Under the pieces are notes generated by a model. The model was given only the letters and a program-made list of their open reading frames with translations, did no database searches and was not told the DNA's origin. A stretch of 38,311 nt of DNA, taken from the IMG/VR virus record IMGVR_UViG_3300020045_018875, positions 1 to 38,311 of that record. One strand, 5' to 3'. A program made the position numbers and the translations under genes. Positions within the stretch are counted from its first letter, which is position 1. Every line of letters begins with the position of its first letter. Shown in pieces: positions 27,844-36,481 of the stretch. Origin of the DNA: a virus (lineage: Duplodnaviria; Caudoviricetes).

Positions 27844-30000
27844 CTATATACCTTGAAGCGCTGATAATTGATTATCTTGCATCGTCGGCTCTATATTCTG
27901 CTCTCCTGTTTGTGGCATTGAACCTTTTAATGGTTGTCCAGCAGCAGCGGCTTGATGTTTCAAAGCGCTTGAAACAAGATTCTGTACTGCTGAGGGATGC
28001 GGGGTTGGTACATTAGCCGATTCTTGCTCCTCTTGTCTAACCATACGGGAAAGCGAAATAATCTTTTCTAACTGTTCTAAATCTACTGATTCAATCTCTT
28101 TCATAGCCTGAACAAGATGCAATAACCCAAGTTCTCTATCTTTAATAGCTTCAGCTTTACGTTCAACAGCAAGCTCATGGTTCTCTTCAATGCGAGATAG
28201 ACGTTCAAGTCCAAGCCCTTCATTAGCAGCAGCTTGTGCATTGACCAATTTAGCTTGAGCAGCCATATTTTCAGCCTCAAGTTCAAGCTGTCTTTGTTGT
28301 TCTTGTTGAGCTTGTTGATTCTGTTGCTCAATAGCCTCAATAAGTTTCTTCTTATCTTGTAATGTAGCTGCTTCAATAATAACAGAATCAGGAATAGGAA
28401 TGCCCATCTCTTTAAGATGCATAAGCTGAGCAAATTGCATCTGCTTCTGCGTAGTAGTATTCATACCCTCTTCAATAGCAGCATCATAACGACCAAATGT
28501 CTTATTATAAAACTGGTCAGTTGGCTCTTCACCGATGATTCTTTTGATTTTGCCAGGAACAAAATTATTCTGTACTATCTTCAATATGATCTTACCTAAA
28601 GTCTTTTGTGTAAAATCTAATTGATCGAATAACATCTGTAAGGTTGTAAGTCCAGCGCCTTGTCTAAGCATGGAAAGTATACCAGCTTTGTCATCATTCG
28701 CACTACCGAGCAGTTCCTCATTCACTCCCGATATCTCAGATATCTCTTTTCCTAAAAGTTCTGAAATCTGAATCATCGACGGTGGTATTTGAGCTGGTTG
28801 TATCTTCTCAACATCTGACATAGAAGCTTCTTCTTTAAGCACAAGAACTCTTCCTTGTCCTTCCATAAAGGCATGCTCTGGATTGACCAATGCGTTCTCT
28901 TTCATCTTGATTCCGCTATTGACCTGACTTTCCAAAAGGTCTAATTCCAACGTCCTTCTACGGTTATATAAATACTGACTGTCACGCAAAGCTCTTACAA
29001 TTCCTTGGCAACGATACTGAAAATAAGGGAGATCTGGGTAGTAATAACAGAGCGTAGGTACAAAAGGGTAACAATCTATGCCCGCCGGTTGCGGTCCGTC
29101 GTACATGACCTTACCCTGTACAACGATAGCAAGTTTAACGGTAGCAATATCCTGTTTAATAATAGTAAGTTGTGGATATTGTTTAAGAAATCTTTGTAGC
29201 CCCTCTTCATCATTAGATTTCCATTCTGTTGATTCACCCGTTTGCGTATCTATGAGCATGCGAGCCACTCTATAATCTTTATAATAGTATTCATCATAAG
29301 ACATAAGATTGGAGATGCTATAATTGTATTGTTCTGGAATGAATTGGAATTTGCCATCTCTTTGATTTAGAGGCGTTAGAGACATAATCTCTTCTTCATG
29401 ATCTGGCATTAAAGCTATAACATCACGCTTGGTTAAATAGTTACGTTTCCAAATGTAGTTACAATCGGATAGATCATGCTTCTTAAAGAACGGATCTATG
29501 ATGAATGTATTATAGTTACAGTTATCAACTTTGATATCACCAGATATAGGATCATTTCTATAATCTACCCATACCTGTAAGAGATTCATTCCTGTTATTA
29601 ATGCACCATCAAAGGACTGCGATATTGTATCATAGATGTTCTCTGTATTATTGAGCCACGACATGACTTTGGTGAATTGATCTGCTGTCTCATCATCGCC
29701 GTTCTCTATAGGAACTACGATAGTAGATTTTCTATTACGTCGTTGATGGCCACCAATCATATTTTTTATACGAAGAATTCTATTAAAAAAGAACTGTTTC
29801 TTACCATTAAATGGCACATTACCATAAATATTTTGCCATAATGCTTGATCACCAGCAAGATAACGATAATCTAAATCTGCTTCACCCCAAAAAGCTTGTA
29901 GTATACTTATAGCTTGTGAATATGAAGCTTCCATCTTGGATAATATAGGCCTATCTTTCTCATCATAATATTGCGGACCAAGAACTGGAAAAATTGGCAT
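27844..30000 (-). CDS. Portal protein, P22-type
   Basis: D..Y..GDQ, N.I....N...G.QR.NR, YPFVP, G.VR.L.D.Q...N.RR, ..ISGV motifs; Gln-rich coiled-coil tail. Confidence 0.88.
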   Translation of the reverse strand: MPIFPVLGPQYYDEKDRPILSKMEASYSQAISILQAFWGEADLDYRYLAGDQALWQNIYGNVPFNGKKQFFFNRILRIKNMIGGHQRRNRKSTIVVPIENGDDETADQFTKVMSWLNNTENIYDTISQSFDGALITGMNLLQVWVDYRNDPISGDIKVDNCNYNTFIIDPFFKKHDLSDCNYIWKRNYLTKRDVIALMPDHEEEIMSLTPLNQRDGKFQFIPEQYNYSISNLMSYDEYYYKDYRVARMLIDTQTGESTEWKSNDEEGLQRFLKQYPQLTIIKQDIATVKLAIVVQGKVMYDGPQPAGIDCYPFVPTLCYYYPDLPYFQYRCQGIVRALRDSQYLYNRRRTLELDLLESQVNSGIKMKENALVNPEHAFMEGQGRVLVLKEEASMSDVEKIQPAQIPPSMIQISELLGKEISEISGVNEELLGSANDDKAGILSMLRQGAGLTTLQMLFDQLDFTQKTLGKIILKIVQNNFVPGKIKRIIGEEPTDQFYNKTFGRYDAAIEEGMNTTTQKQMQFAQLMHLKEMGIPIPDSVIIEAATLQDKKKLIEAIEQQNQQAQQEQQRQLELEAENMAAQAKLVNAQAAANEGLGLERLSRIEENHELAVERKAEAIKDRELGLLHLVQAMKEIESVDLEQLEKIISLSRMVRQEEQESANVPTPHPSAVQNLVSSALKHQAAAAGQPLKGSMPQTGEQNIEPTMQDNQLSALQGI

Positions 30001-30142
30001 TATATCTCCTTACGATAAAAATTGATTGTACGAGGATACTAGATTGTATCCCAAAGCAAATCAACTTTTTTATATAAAGATGTATGATAGTTCTATAAAT
30101 AGAAATAGGATATCCCTATCGGATGATTTTAGAACTTTTAAT

Positions 30143-30218
30143 GCCCTCTTCGTCTAACGGTTAGGACACTGCCCTTTCACGGCAAAAATAACGGGTTCGA
30201 TTCCCTTAGAGGGCGCCA
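30143..30218 (+). tRNA. tRNA-Glu (TTC), with encoded CCA
   Basis: Acceptor gccctct/agagggc, D arm cgtc...gac, loop CT-TTC-AC, GGTTCGATTCC T arm; one mismatch each in anticodon and T stems. Confidence 0.88.
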
Positions 30219-30250
30219 AAAAAAGGCCCGCAATCAAGCAGGCCTATTAA
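30219..30250. terminator. Hairpin/terminator between tRNA and convergent gene
   Basis: A tract then aggcccgc...gcaggcct. Confidence 0.5.
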
Positions 30251-30253
30251 TAT

Positions 30254-30724
30254 TTAAAGTATCTTTTTGAGTTGTTCTTGAGTTAGAAATAGACATGTAC
30301 TATGAATAAATCCATACACTAATGCATTGAGTATATCTGAGTCAGTATAAATATATTTTGATAATCCAAAACGATCTGCAGTATTCCATAAAGCTGATAA
30401 AGCTAAGGATACACCAGAACTGGTTGAGGCCTCTTTAATATCATTGTTTAAAAGAAAATCATGGGCTCCATGATAAATAGCACGATCAACATCAGATGCT
30501 TTTACAATACTATTATTGATCACTTTACTATCTTTAATATATCCAGGAAGTTTTTCAACAACAGATATGTTTTTGCTTGTGTAGAATGCTAATGCAGCTC
30601 TTCCTGAAGTGTCTCTTGTAATAAAATGATAAAGTTTGATAGTGTCTTGAGCTATAAGATTATTATCCATAGTGTGTACACTAAAAACCAATAATAATAA
30701 GGCTAATAAAGAGATTTTAAACAT
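30254..30724 (-). CDS. Exported/membrane protein (start revised to MFKIS)
   Basis: MFKISLLALLLLVFSVHT signal; hydrophobic C-terminal helices; SD aagga. Confidence 0.6.
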   Translation of the reverse strand: MFKISLLALLLLVFSVHTMDNNLIAQDTIKLYHFITRDTSGRAALAFYTSKNISVVEKLPGYIKDSKVINNSIVKASDVDRAIYHGAHDFLLNNDIKEASTSSGVSLALSALWNTADRFGLSKYIYTDSDILNALVYGFIHSTCLFLTQEQLKKIL

Positions 30725-30794
30725 AGCTCTTCCTTTTATAAAAGATTGATAATTCCTATAAAGTGATATCATGATTCCAAATATAGTTCAATGA

Positions 30795-32357
30795 TTATAT
30801 CTTCTTTTTAAGTATCGATATTTTTTGTTCAATACCTCGATACATTAAAGCTTCTTTGATGTGATCAGGTAAGATATTATCTTCTCCTGCAATATCAGCA
30901 ATAGTACGAGCAACTTTAATTATTTTATGATAACTACGCATGCTCATATCAAACTTTTCAAAGCATGTATCTAATAGAGTTCGTGCTGTATCAGTTAAAG
31001 GACAATAGGTAGAAAGCTCAGATGGAGTTAAATAAGCGTTAACTTTATCTTGCGAACCATATCGTTCCTGTTGTTTTTGACGTGCTTTTATGACACCTTC
31101 TTTTAAAACAGTAGAGCTTAAATCACTTCCTGGATTATGCAATTCAGATATGTCTACACTTTGAACAAATATCTGGAGATCTATCCGATCTAAAAATGGT
31201 CCCGATATTTTGCGTAAATAGTTATAAATATGAATCGGAAAGCATTCACATTTCTTTTTATTATTGCCTACATTACCACAAGGACATGGGTTTAAAGCAC
31301 AAATAAGCATAAATGAACAAGGAAATGTTACTGATCCTTTAGAACGAGCAATCGTAATCTGTCTTTGCTCAATAGGATTTCTTAAAGATTCAATAGCTCC
31401 TCTGCTAAACTCAGCAAGTTCATCAAGAAACAGAACTCCATTATGAGCTAATGACGCTTCACCAGGTCGTATCATAGTATGTCCACCACCAACTAAACCA
31501 GACTCTGATGTTGAATAATGTGGGTTTCTAAATGGCCTATCTTTTATAAAATGAGAGACTGTTGATATCGCTGAATGTATACGATTAACTTCAAGAATCT
31601 CATTAGCTGACATAGGAGGCAATATACTTGGCAATGCACTAGCAAGCATAGTCTTACCTGACCCAGGAGGGCCCATTAAAATACAGTTATGGCTTCCAGC
31701 TGCAGCTATTTGAAGCATGCGCTTTGCCATTTTCTGTCCAGAAATATTAGCAAAATCTAAAAGTACAGGATCTTTTTGTTCAGGAGCTACAATTGAAGAT
31801 AGCGTAACTCTTTTAGTCTGTGTAAATAGAATAAAGTCCTGGATAGAGTGGACTGGAATTATGGTAATATCTGGAATATTAGTAAGTGCATTAACATAAT
31901 TTTTAGCAGGAATAACTATATTTTTGATACCAAATTTGTGAGCATCTAATGCTACACCCATAATGCCTGTGACAGGATTAATAGTACCATCAAATGAAAG
32001 CTCGCCCATGATAACCGTCTCTTTAGTAAATGTACTGTTAAGACGTATCATACTGAAATGTGCCAAGATAGCAGTAGCAATTGGTAAATCGAACTGAGAA
32101 CCGACCTTATTGAGCGTGGCTGGCGCAAGATTTACCACTATTCTCATTCCCTTTAGGTTAATACCTAAAACGCTCAAAACTGCGGTAATTCGTTTTTTAC
32201 TTTCTTGGACTGCACGATCAACCATACCAACTATATTAAATATAAAGCTTTTTCCATTAAACTGATCTGTAGATATCTCAACAGTAATAAGATGCGTCTC
32301 TATACCGACAATAATAGCTGATAAAACTTTGGTAATATTAGAATTTTTATACTTCAT
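30795..32357 (-). CDS. comM: ComM/YifB Mg-chelatase-like AAA+ helicase (start probably MKYKN at 32357)
   Basis: Lon-like N-domain (VNLAPA.L.K.GS.FDLPIA), Walker A GPPGSGKT, RPFR.PH, PGEASLAHNGVLFLDE, NPCPCG..C.C, SGP.LDRID, ARTIAD. Confidence 0.93.
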   Translation of the reverse strand: MKYKNSNITKVLSAIIVGIETHLITVEISTDQFNGKSFIFNIVGMVDRAVQESKKRITAVLSVLGINLKGMRIVVNLAPATLNKVGSQFDLPIATAILAHFSMIRLNSTFTKETVIMGELSFDGTINPVTGIMGVALDAHKFGIKNIVIPAKNYVNALTNIPDITIIPVHSIQDFILFTQTKRVTLSSIVAPEQKDPVLLDFANISGQKMAKRMLQIAAAGSHNCILMGPPGSGKTMLASALPSILPPMSANEILEVNRIHSAISTVSHFIKDRPFRNPHYSTSESGLVGGGHTMIRPGEASLAHNGVLFLDELAEFSRGAIESLRNPIEQRQITIARSKGSVTFPCSFMLICALNPCPCGNVGNNKKKCECFPIHIYNYLRKISGPFLDRIDLQIFVQSVDISELHNPGSDLSSTVLKEGVIKARQKQQERYGSQDKVNAYLTPSELSTYCPLTDTARTLLDTCFEKFDMSMRSYHKIIKVARTIADIAGEDNILPDHIKEALMYRGIEQKISILKKKI

Positions 32358-32380
32358 AGAATACAAGCATAACATGCATT

Positions 32381-32400
32381 GCATTTATTGCAATAAATGC
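32381..32400. promoter_or_regulatory. Perfect 20-bp palindrome in divergent promoter region
   Basis: gcatttattg|caataaatgc; overlaps TTGCAT (32379-84) and fills the spacer to TATCAT (32401-06). Confidence 0.7.
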
Positions 32401-32413
32401 TATCATATATTGT

Positions 32414-33370
32414 ATGAAGAGCGAAAATGTAAAAATCGGATTATTAAATAAAGTGCTACAAGGCAAGCATGTAACCAATGCTCCTATCGGATATGACCAT
32501 ACTATTATTAATGGTCAATCATTTATTGCTCCAGATGCTCGTGCTCCTATGATCAAAGAGACTTTTAAGCGTTATGCATATGAAAAAATAAGCATTAATG
32601 CCTTAAGCATGGATATGGAAAAAAAATACGGATTTCCTCTTGCACGTTCTACTTTACATAAAGCATTAAAGAATCCATTTTATTACGGCAAAATGGTTTA
32701 CAAAGGCCAGCTGTATGACCATAATTATGAACCTCTTATATCTGAAGAACTGTTTAATGATGTTCAACAAAAAATAGGTAGCAGATCTTGCAATAGGGGA
32801 GCAAAAAAAGGATTCTTATTGCCATTTTTATATCGTAAACTTATAACATGTGGTCAATGTGGTGCAGTTCTTTCAGGTGACCTAAAAAAAGGACGCTATA
32901 CCTACTATCGCTGCACAACAAAACATGGCTATCCTGCAATAAAAGAGGAAGTAATCACTGCAGCTCTAAAGCCATTATTTACATTGTATGGCATAAAAGA
33001 AGATATCTTTGAAGATCCACATCGTATGACCTTATGCTTTAACATGTTTATAGAATCTTGCTTTGTTAACTCTGAGGGTAAGATAGAAGTTAAGATTAAG
33101 ACTCATATTAGTCCATCAAGTCATGCTTACATTGCCGATTATATTAACAATAAAAATATGATTGTACTGCAAAAGTCACCTGAAGCATTGCATGCTGTTA
33201 AAGAGGCTATTGCTGATCCGATATTACAATATTGCATGCAACCAAAAAGTATTGACGAGATCGCTGAACATCTTGCTATTGAAATAACTGAAGCACAAAC
33301 TAAGGTATTAGATCTTTACCTAGAAAATTCATTAGAAGAAACGGAAGATAGTAGATGGAGAACGGTATAA
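32414..33370 (+). CDS. Large-serine-recombinase DNA-binding modules (recombinase domain + zinc ribbon, no catalytic domain) fused to DprA-like winged helix
   Basis: Starts at SENVK.G...K...G.....AP.GY; L.NP.Y.G, EPLIS.ELF..VQ, CGQCG...YYRC; C-terminal IL.YC..PKSIDEI...L...........LDL.LE......SRW. Confidence 0.75.
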   Translation: MKSENVKIGLLNKVLQGKHVTNAPIGYDHTIINGQSFIAPDARAPMIKETFKRYAYEKISINALSMDMEKKYGFPLARSTLHKALKNPFYYGKMVYKGQLYDHNYEPLISEELFNDVQQKIGSRSCNRGAKKGFLLPFLYRKLITCGQCGAVLSGDLKKGRYTYYRCTTKHGYPAIKEEVITAALKPLFTLYGIKEDIFEDPHRMTLCFNMFIESCFVNSEGKIEVKIKTHISPSSHAYIADYINNKNMIVLQKSPEALHAVKEAIADPILQYCMQPKSIDEIAEHLAIEITEAQTKVLDLYLENSLEETEDSRWRTV

Positions 33371-33555
33371 AGAAACAGATAAGTATAAGAATAGATCAGG
33401 AACTTCTTGAAAGAATGAAGGATATGGTCTATTGGAATCCTGGATGGACTTTAAATGATCTCATCGAAATAACTCTTAGAGAAACAATATATAGTATGGA
33501 AAAGTGCGAGAAAAGACCTCAAAAAAATCTAAAACCCGGTAGAAAAGTTACCTAA
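33355..33555 (+). CDS. RHH/Arc-like DNA-binding protein
   Basis: KKQISIRID.ELLERMK...Y......LNDLIE..LR. Confidence 0.7.
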   Translation: MENGIKKQISIRIDQELLERMKDMVYWNPGWTLNDLIEITLRETIYSMEKCEKRPQKNLKPGRKVT

Positions 33556-34918
33556 TATCTCTAAAGATTGGCGGTAAGTTTGATTGCTGTCCATATACCG
33601 CACGCAAGTACATACTATCTAATTCATCTTTACTCATTCCATCTCTTGTTTTTGGTAATGATAACGCTAGGTACCTGGTTGCGTCACTGTAGTGGCTCGA
33701 CCAATTGTGAAGTGGCGCAGAGCCATAGATCTTCTTTTTCGCATCATATTCTTGTCGATAGTTCTCTAATGCTTTGATAAGTTTTGAACATTTAACTTCA
33801 TCTATCCATAAACGGGAGAATAGAGATCGCACTGCTTCGATACCATCCATAATAGATACATCAGGAAGCGCGGATATTGCGCGTCCCTGTTTATCTCTAC
33901 GCATCTCAAATGATATACCAAGTTGTCGTGCCTTCTCTAAGCGTGATAGTCCACTTCCCCATTCAGTAACAGCAATATCGTGCGGAGCGAAATGTTTCCC
34001 ATATGAGTAAGGCTTAGAGTCTAAGATAGTTTTATAATGCTCTAGGCCTTCTTTATTGTTCTCATAGCAGTCTATTATACGAACAGACTGTCCTTGTATT
34101 TGATAGAATATGATACAGGTGCTATCTCTAACACCTATATCCCATGCGGTATTCACCAATACATTCGATAACCATGGAACATTCCCAATCTGATTAGATA
34201 TACGCATCTTATCGATGTATTTAGTATAGAAACTCCCCTCCACACCAAGGGAGAACGAGCAATAATATTCCTGTTGTATTAAGTCCTCTGACATTAATCC
34301 TTCATCTCTGTCTCTTTGTATTTCTTCAAGTGGGATATGTTTAGTATCATCAAGTGTAAGCTTATAACAAAACCAATCGGGTGAGTTAGACGCTATGTTA
34401 TAGAGATCAAAGAGATGATTATGTCCACGGGGTGTTGATACAAAAAGGGCAAGGCCCTCGTTTCCTGCCAAGATAGGACGAATATATTGGAATGCGCGCG
34501 GATCTTGAAGAGCATATTCTGAAAAGATACATAGTTTAGGGTTCGTTCCTACCAAACTATCAACGTTGTCGCTGCCTACCACCTGAAAGAGTGAACCATT
34601 GACCAGTTTTATCTTCATTTCCTGGCCATTTTTAGATTCGATTAACTCCGACGGTATATAATCTAAGATCTTCATACCATCGTTGTTCAGAGAGTCCCAG
34701 AGAATCTTTTTACCTTGAGCATAGGTAGGAAAGATATAATAAACAACACAGACATTTCTGAGCATGTATCGTATAGCTATATTGAATGCGGTGATATCTT
34801 TACCAGCACGTCGAGGCATGATAGCAAGAACGCGTCGATACCCTTTATTTTCTATCGCTTCTATAATAGGGAGCTGATAGTCACGAGGTTGATATGCATC
34901 AAGAGTTATGTCCATCAA
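33548..34918 (-). CDS. terL: Terminase large subunit
   Basis: PRDYQ, Walker A RRAGKD, Walker B CIFSE, motif III STPRG, nuclease WDIG..D and H.W.SH..DA. Confidence 0.92.
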   Translation of the reverse strand: MMDITLDAYQPRDYQLPIIEAIENKGYRRVLAIMPRRAGKDITAFNIAIRYMLRNVCVVYYIFPTYAQGKKILWDSLNNDGMKILDYIPSELIESKNGQEMKIKLVNGSLFQVVGSDNVDSLVGTNPKLCIFSEYALQDPRAFQYIRPILAGNEGLALFVSTPRGHNHLFDLYNIASNSPDWFCYKLTLDDTKHIPLEEIQRDRDEGLMSEDLIQQEYYCSFSLGVEGSFYTKYIDKMRISNQIGNVPWLSNVLVNTAWDIGVRDSTCIIFYQIQGQSVRIIDCYENNKEGLEHYKTILDSKPYSYGKHFAPHDIAVTEWGSGLSRLEKARQLGISFEMRRDKQGRAISALPDVSIMDGIEAVRSLFSRLWIDEVKCSKLIKALENYRQEYDAKKKIYGSAPLHNWSSHYSDATRYLALSLPKTRDGMSKDELDSMYLRAVYGQQSNLPPIFRDIR

Positions 34919-35225
34919 CTACTTTCTTGCGTGGCCTACCACGCTTAGTAGGACTACGCTTACATTTGGATTCTATCTTTTCTCTAAGCTTCATTAATGA
35001 TTTAGATAAGACAGCTTGGCATTCATTAAGATTGAGGATCTCATCTCGTATCATGTTGAAGCATGATTGCATTCGCGCTTCAACATGACACGCTTTATGC
35101 TCATCCATCTCTAATTCTTTAATTCGTTGATTCATATTATCAAGTTGGTACCCTAATAATAATAACCCTATTATTAGCATGATTAATAAGATAAAAACTG
35201 CTGAAAGTGGGAGCTGTATACTCAT
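34899..35225 (-). CDS. Membrane-anchored coiled-coil protein with basic tail
   Basis: N-terminal TM segment, heptads, KRGRPRK (AT-hook-like). Confidence 0.6.
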   Translation of the reverse strand: MSIQLPLSAVFILLIMLIIGLLLLGYQLDNMNQRIKELEMDEHKACHVEARMQSCFNMIRDEILNLNECQAVLSKSLMKLREKIESKCKRSPTKRGRPRKKVVDGHNS

Positions 35226-35498
35226 TTATTTCTCTTTTTCACCATCATGGAATTCTAATTGTTTATTATGGTTCTCTATAGTTGAATTTAAATTATTAAC
35301 ATCTTCATATAAAATTTCATTTATAGCATGTAAATCTCTATTGGCTCTCGTGATATAGTCGAGTCTATCTGAAGTATTATTAAGACGATAGCTTATTTTG
35401 GCTTGATCTTCATTATATCTATCATCAATGCGACGTAGTTCAATAATAACGATTCCAGCGCTAAGAAGCATTGCTGTTAAGGCTGCTTGCAACAACAT
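35226..35498 (-). CDS. Membrane-anchored coiled-coil protein (start revised to MLLQA)
   Basis: SD aaggag; hydrophobic N-terminus then heptads. Confidence 0.6.
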   Translation of the reverse strand: MLLQAALTAMLLSAGIVIIELRRIDDRYNEDQAKISYRLNNTSDRLDYITRANRDLHAINEILYEDVNNLNSTIENHNKQLEFHDGEKEK

Positions 35499-35547
35499 AA
35501 CGATCTCCTTTACCATAAAAGATAAAACTACTTCATTCATCGTGCTA

Positions 35548-36081
35548 CTAATCCTTATTTTTTTCAATAGTAGATTTATCAAGGCTTGTCTTATCAGGAA
35601 CTTTACCAGAAGAGCCAAAGTCTTGAAGGTATACGTTAATGGGTTGTTTATCTTGCGTAGGATTTAGTTCTTTTTTGAGATTGTTACGCCACTTCTCTGA
35701 TCTTCGATAATCTCTATTGTACATTGCCATTCCCCTTGTAGCCATATTCCCATCAGCTTCACGATATAAGGCTTTCTCAAAGATACGATGGCCTGCTAAG
35801 TATTTAAACTCTTCAACCATCTCTTTAAGCTCTGGGCATAGATTATAGTAATGGTTTAATTTTCGATACGTAATTTTGTGCTTATTAAGCCACTTTAAAA
35901 TAGTAACCATCTTGTCATACTCTTCAAACATTAAGAGCAAATCTTCGCCATATTTAATAAGCAATTCTTTAGGAATCTTCCAAGTATCTTTTTTAGCAAT
36001 AGTCAGTTCGGAATTCATCTCTTTACGCTTACATGCTTTTGATATTTTCTTCGGCCTTATGCTATGTTTTATAGTTTTCAT
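35548..36081 (-). CDS. Probable terminase small subunit
   Basis: HTH-like segment then helical hairpin and C-terminal INV strand; upstream of terL. Confidence 0.5.
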   Translation of the reverse strand: MKTIKHSIRPKKISKACKRKEMNSELTIAKKDTWKIPKELLIKYGEDLLLMFEEYDKMVTILKWLNKHKITYRKLNHYYNLCPELKEMVEEFKYLAGHRIFEKALYREADGNMATRGMAMYNRDYRRSEKWRNNLKKELNPTQDKQPINVYLQDFGSSGKVPDKTSLDKSTIEKNKD

Positions 36082-36481
36082 GCTTTTTATCCCGATTGAT
36101 AGGAGTTATTGAGAATTCTGTACGTGGCTCATAGGCATAGATCTTGCGTGCGGAAATTGAAGAAACTTGAGCATCATCTTTATAGATTATGGAAGTACCG
36201 ATTTCACAAACGAATTTGATAAGATTATCAAGATCTGGGCGTCCATAGTGCAGCGTATTCTCTTTTAAAGGTTTTAGTTTTTTGGGTACATTATTCATAT
36301 TCATGAAGAATGTTACATCAAGATGGAGAGGGCCATCAAGAAGAGGTTTTTCATTATGTTGATTTTGCACATGAATACCATAAACGAGTTTAGCTGATTG
36401 TTGAGCATCATACATCTTTCTTTGATAAGATATACGAGGTCTCATGAGGGGAATGGGATCACCAGGTACAATGTATATCAT
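36062..36481 (-). CDS. rusA: RusA-family Holliday junction resolvase
   Basis: G.P.P..RPR, RPDLDNLIK, Y.DD.QV catalytic motifs. Confidence 0.88.
   Translation of the reverse strand: MIYIVPGDPIPLMRPRISYQRKMYDAQQSAKLVYGIHVQNQHNEKPLLDGPLHLDVTFFMNMNNVPKKLKPLKENTLHYGRPDLDNLIKFVCEIGTSIIYKDDAQVSSISARKIYAYEPRTEFSITPINRDKKHENYKT

Noticed and set aside
30795-32357. Magnesium chelatase auxiliary metabolic gene
   Set aside because: Lon-like N-domain and CPCG zinc motif identify ComM/YifB, not ChlI/BchI
32414-33370. Functional serine integrase
   Set aside because: No N-terminal catalytic (Y.R.S) domain, no room upstream, coiled coil missing
34515-34535. Terminase Walker B reading SE instead of DE as an inactivating change
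   Set aside because: From recall this variant occurs in other terminases of this type; remaining motifs are intact
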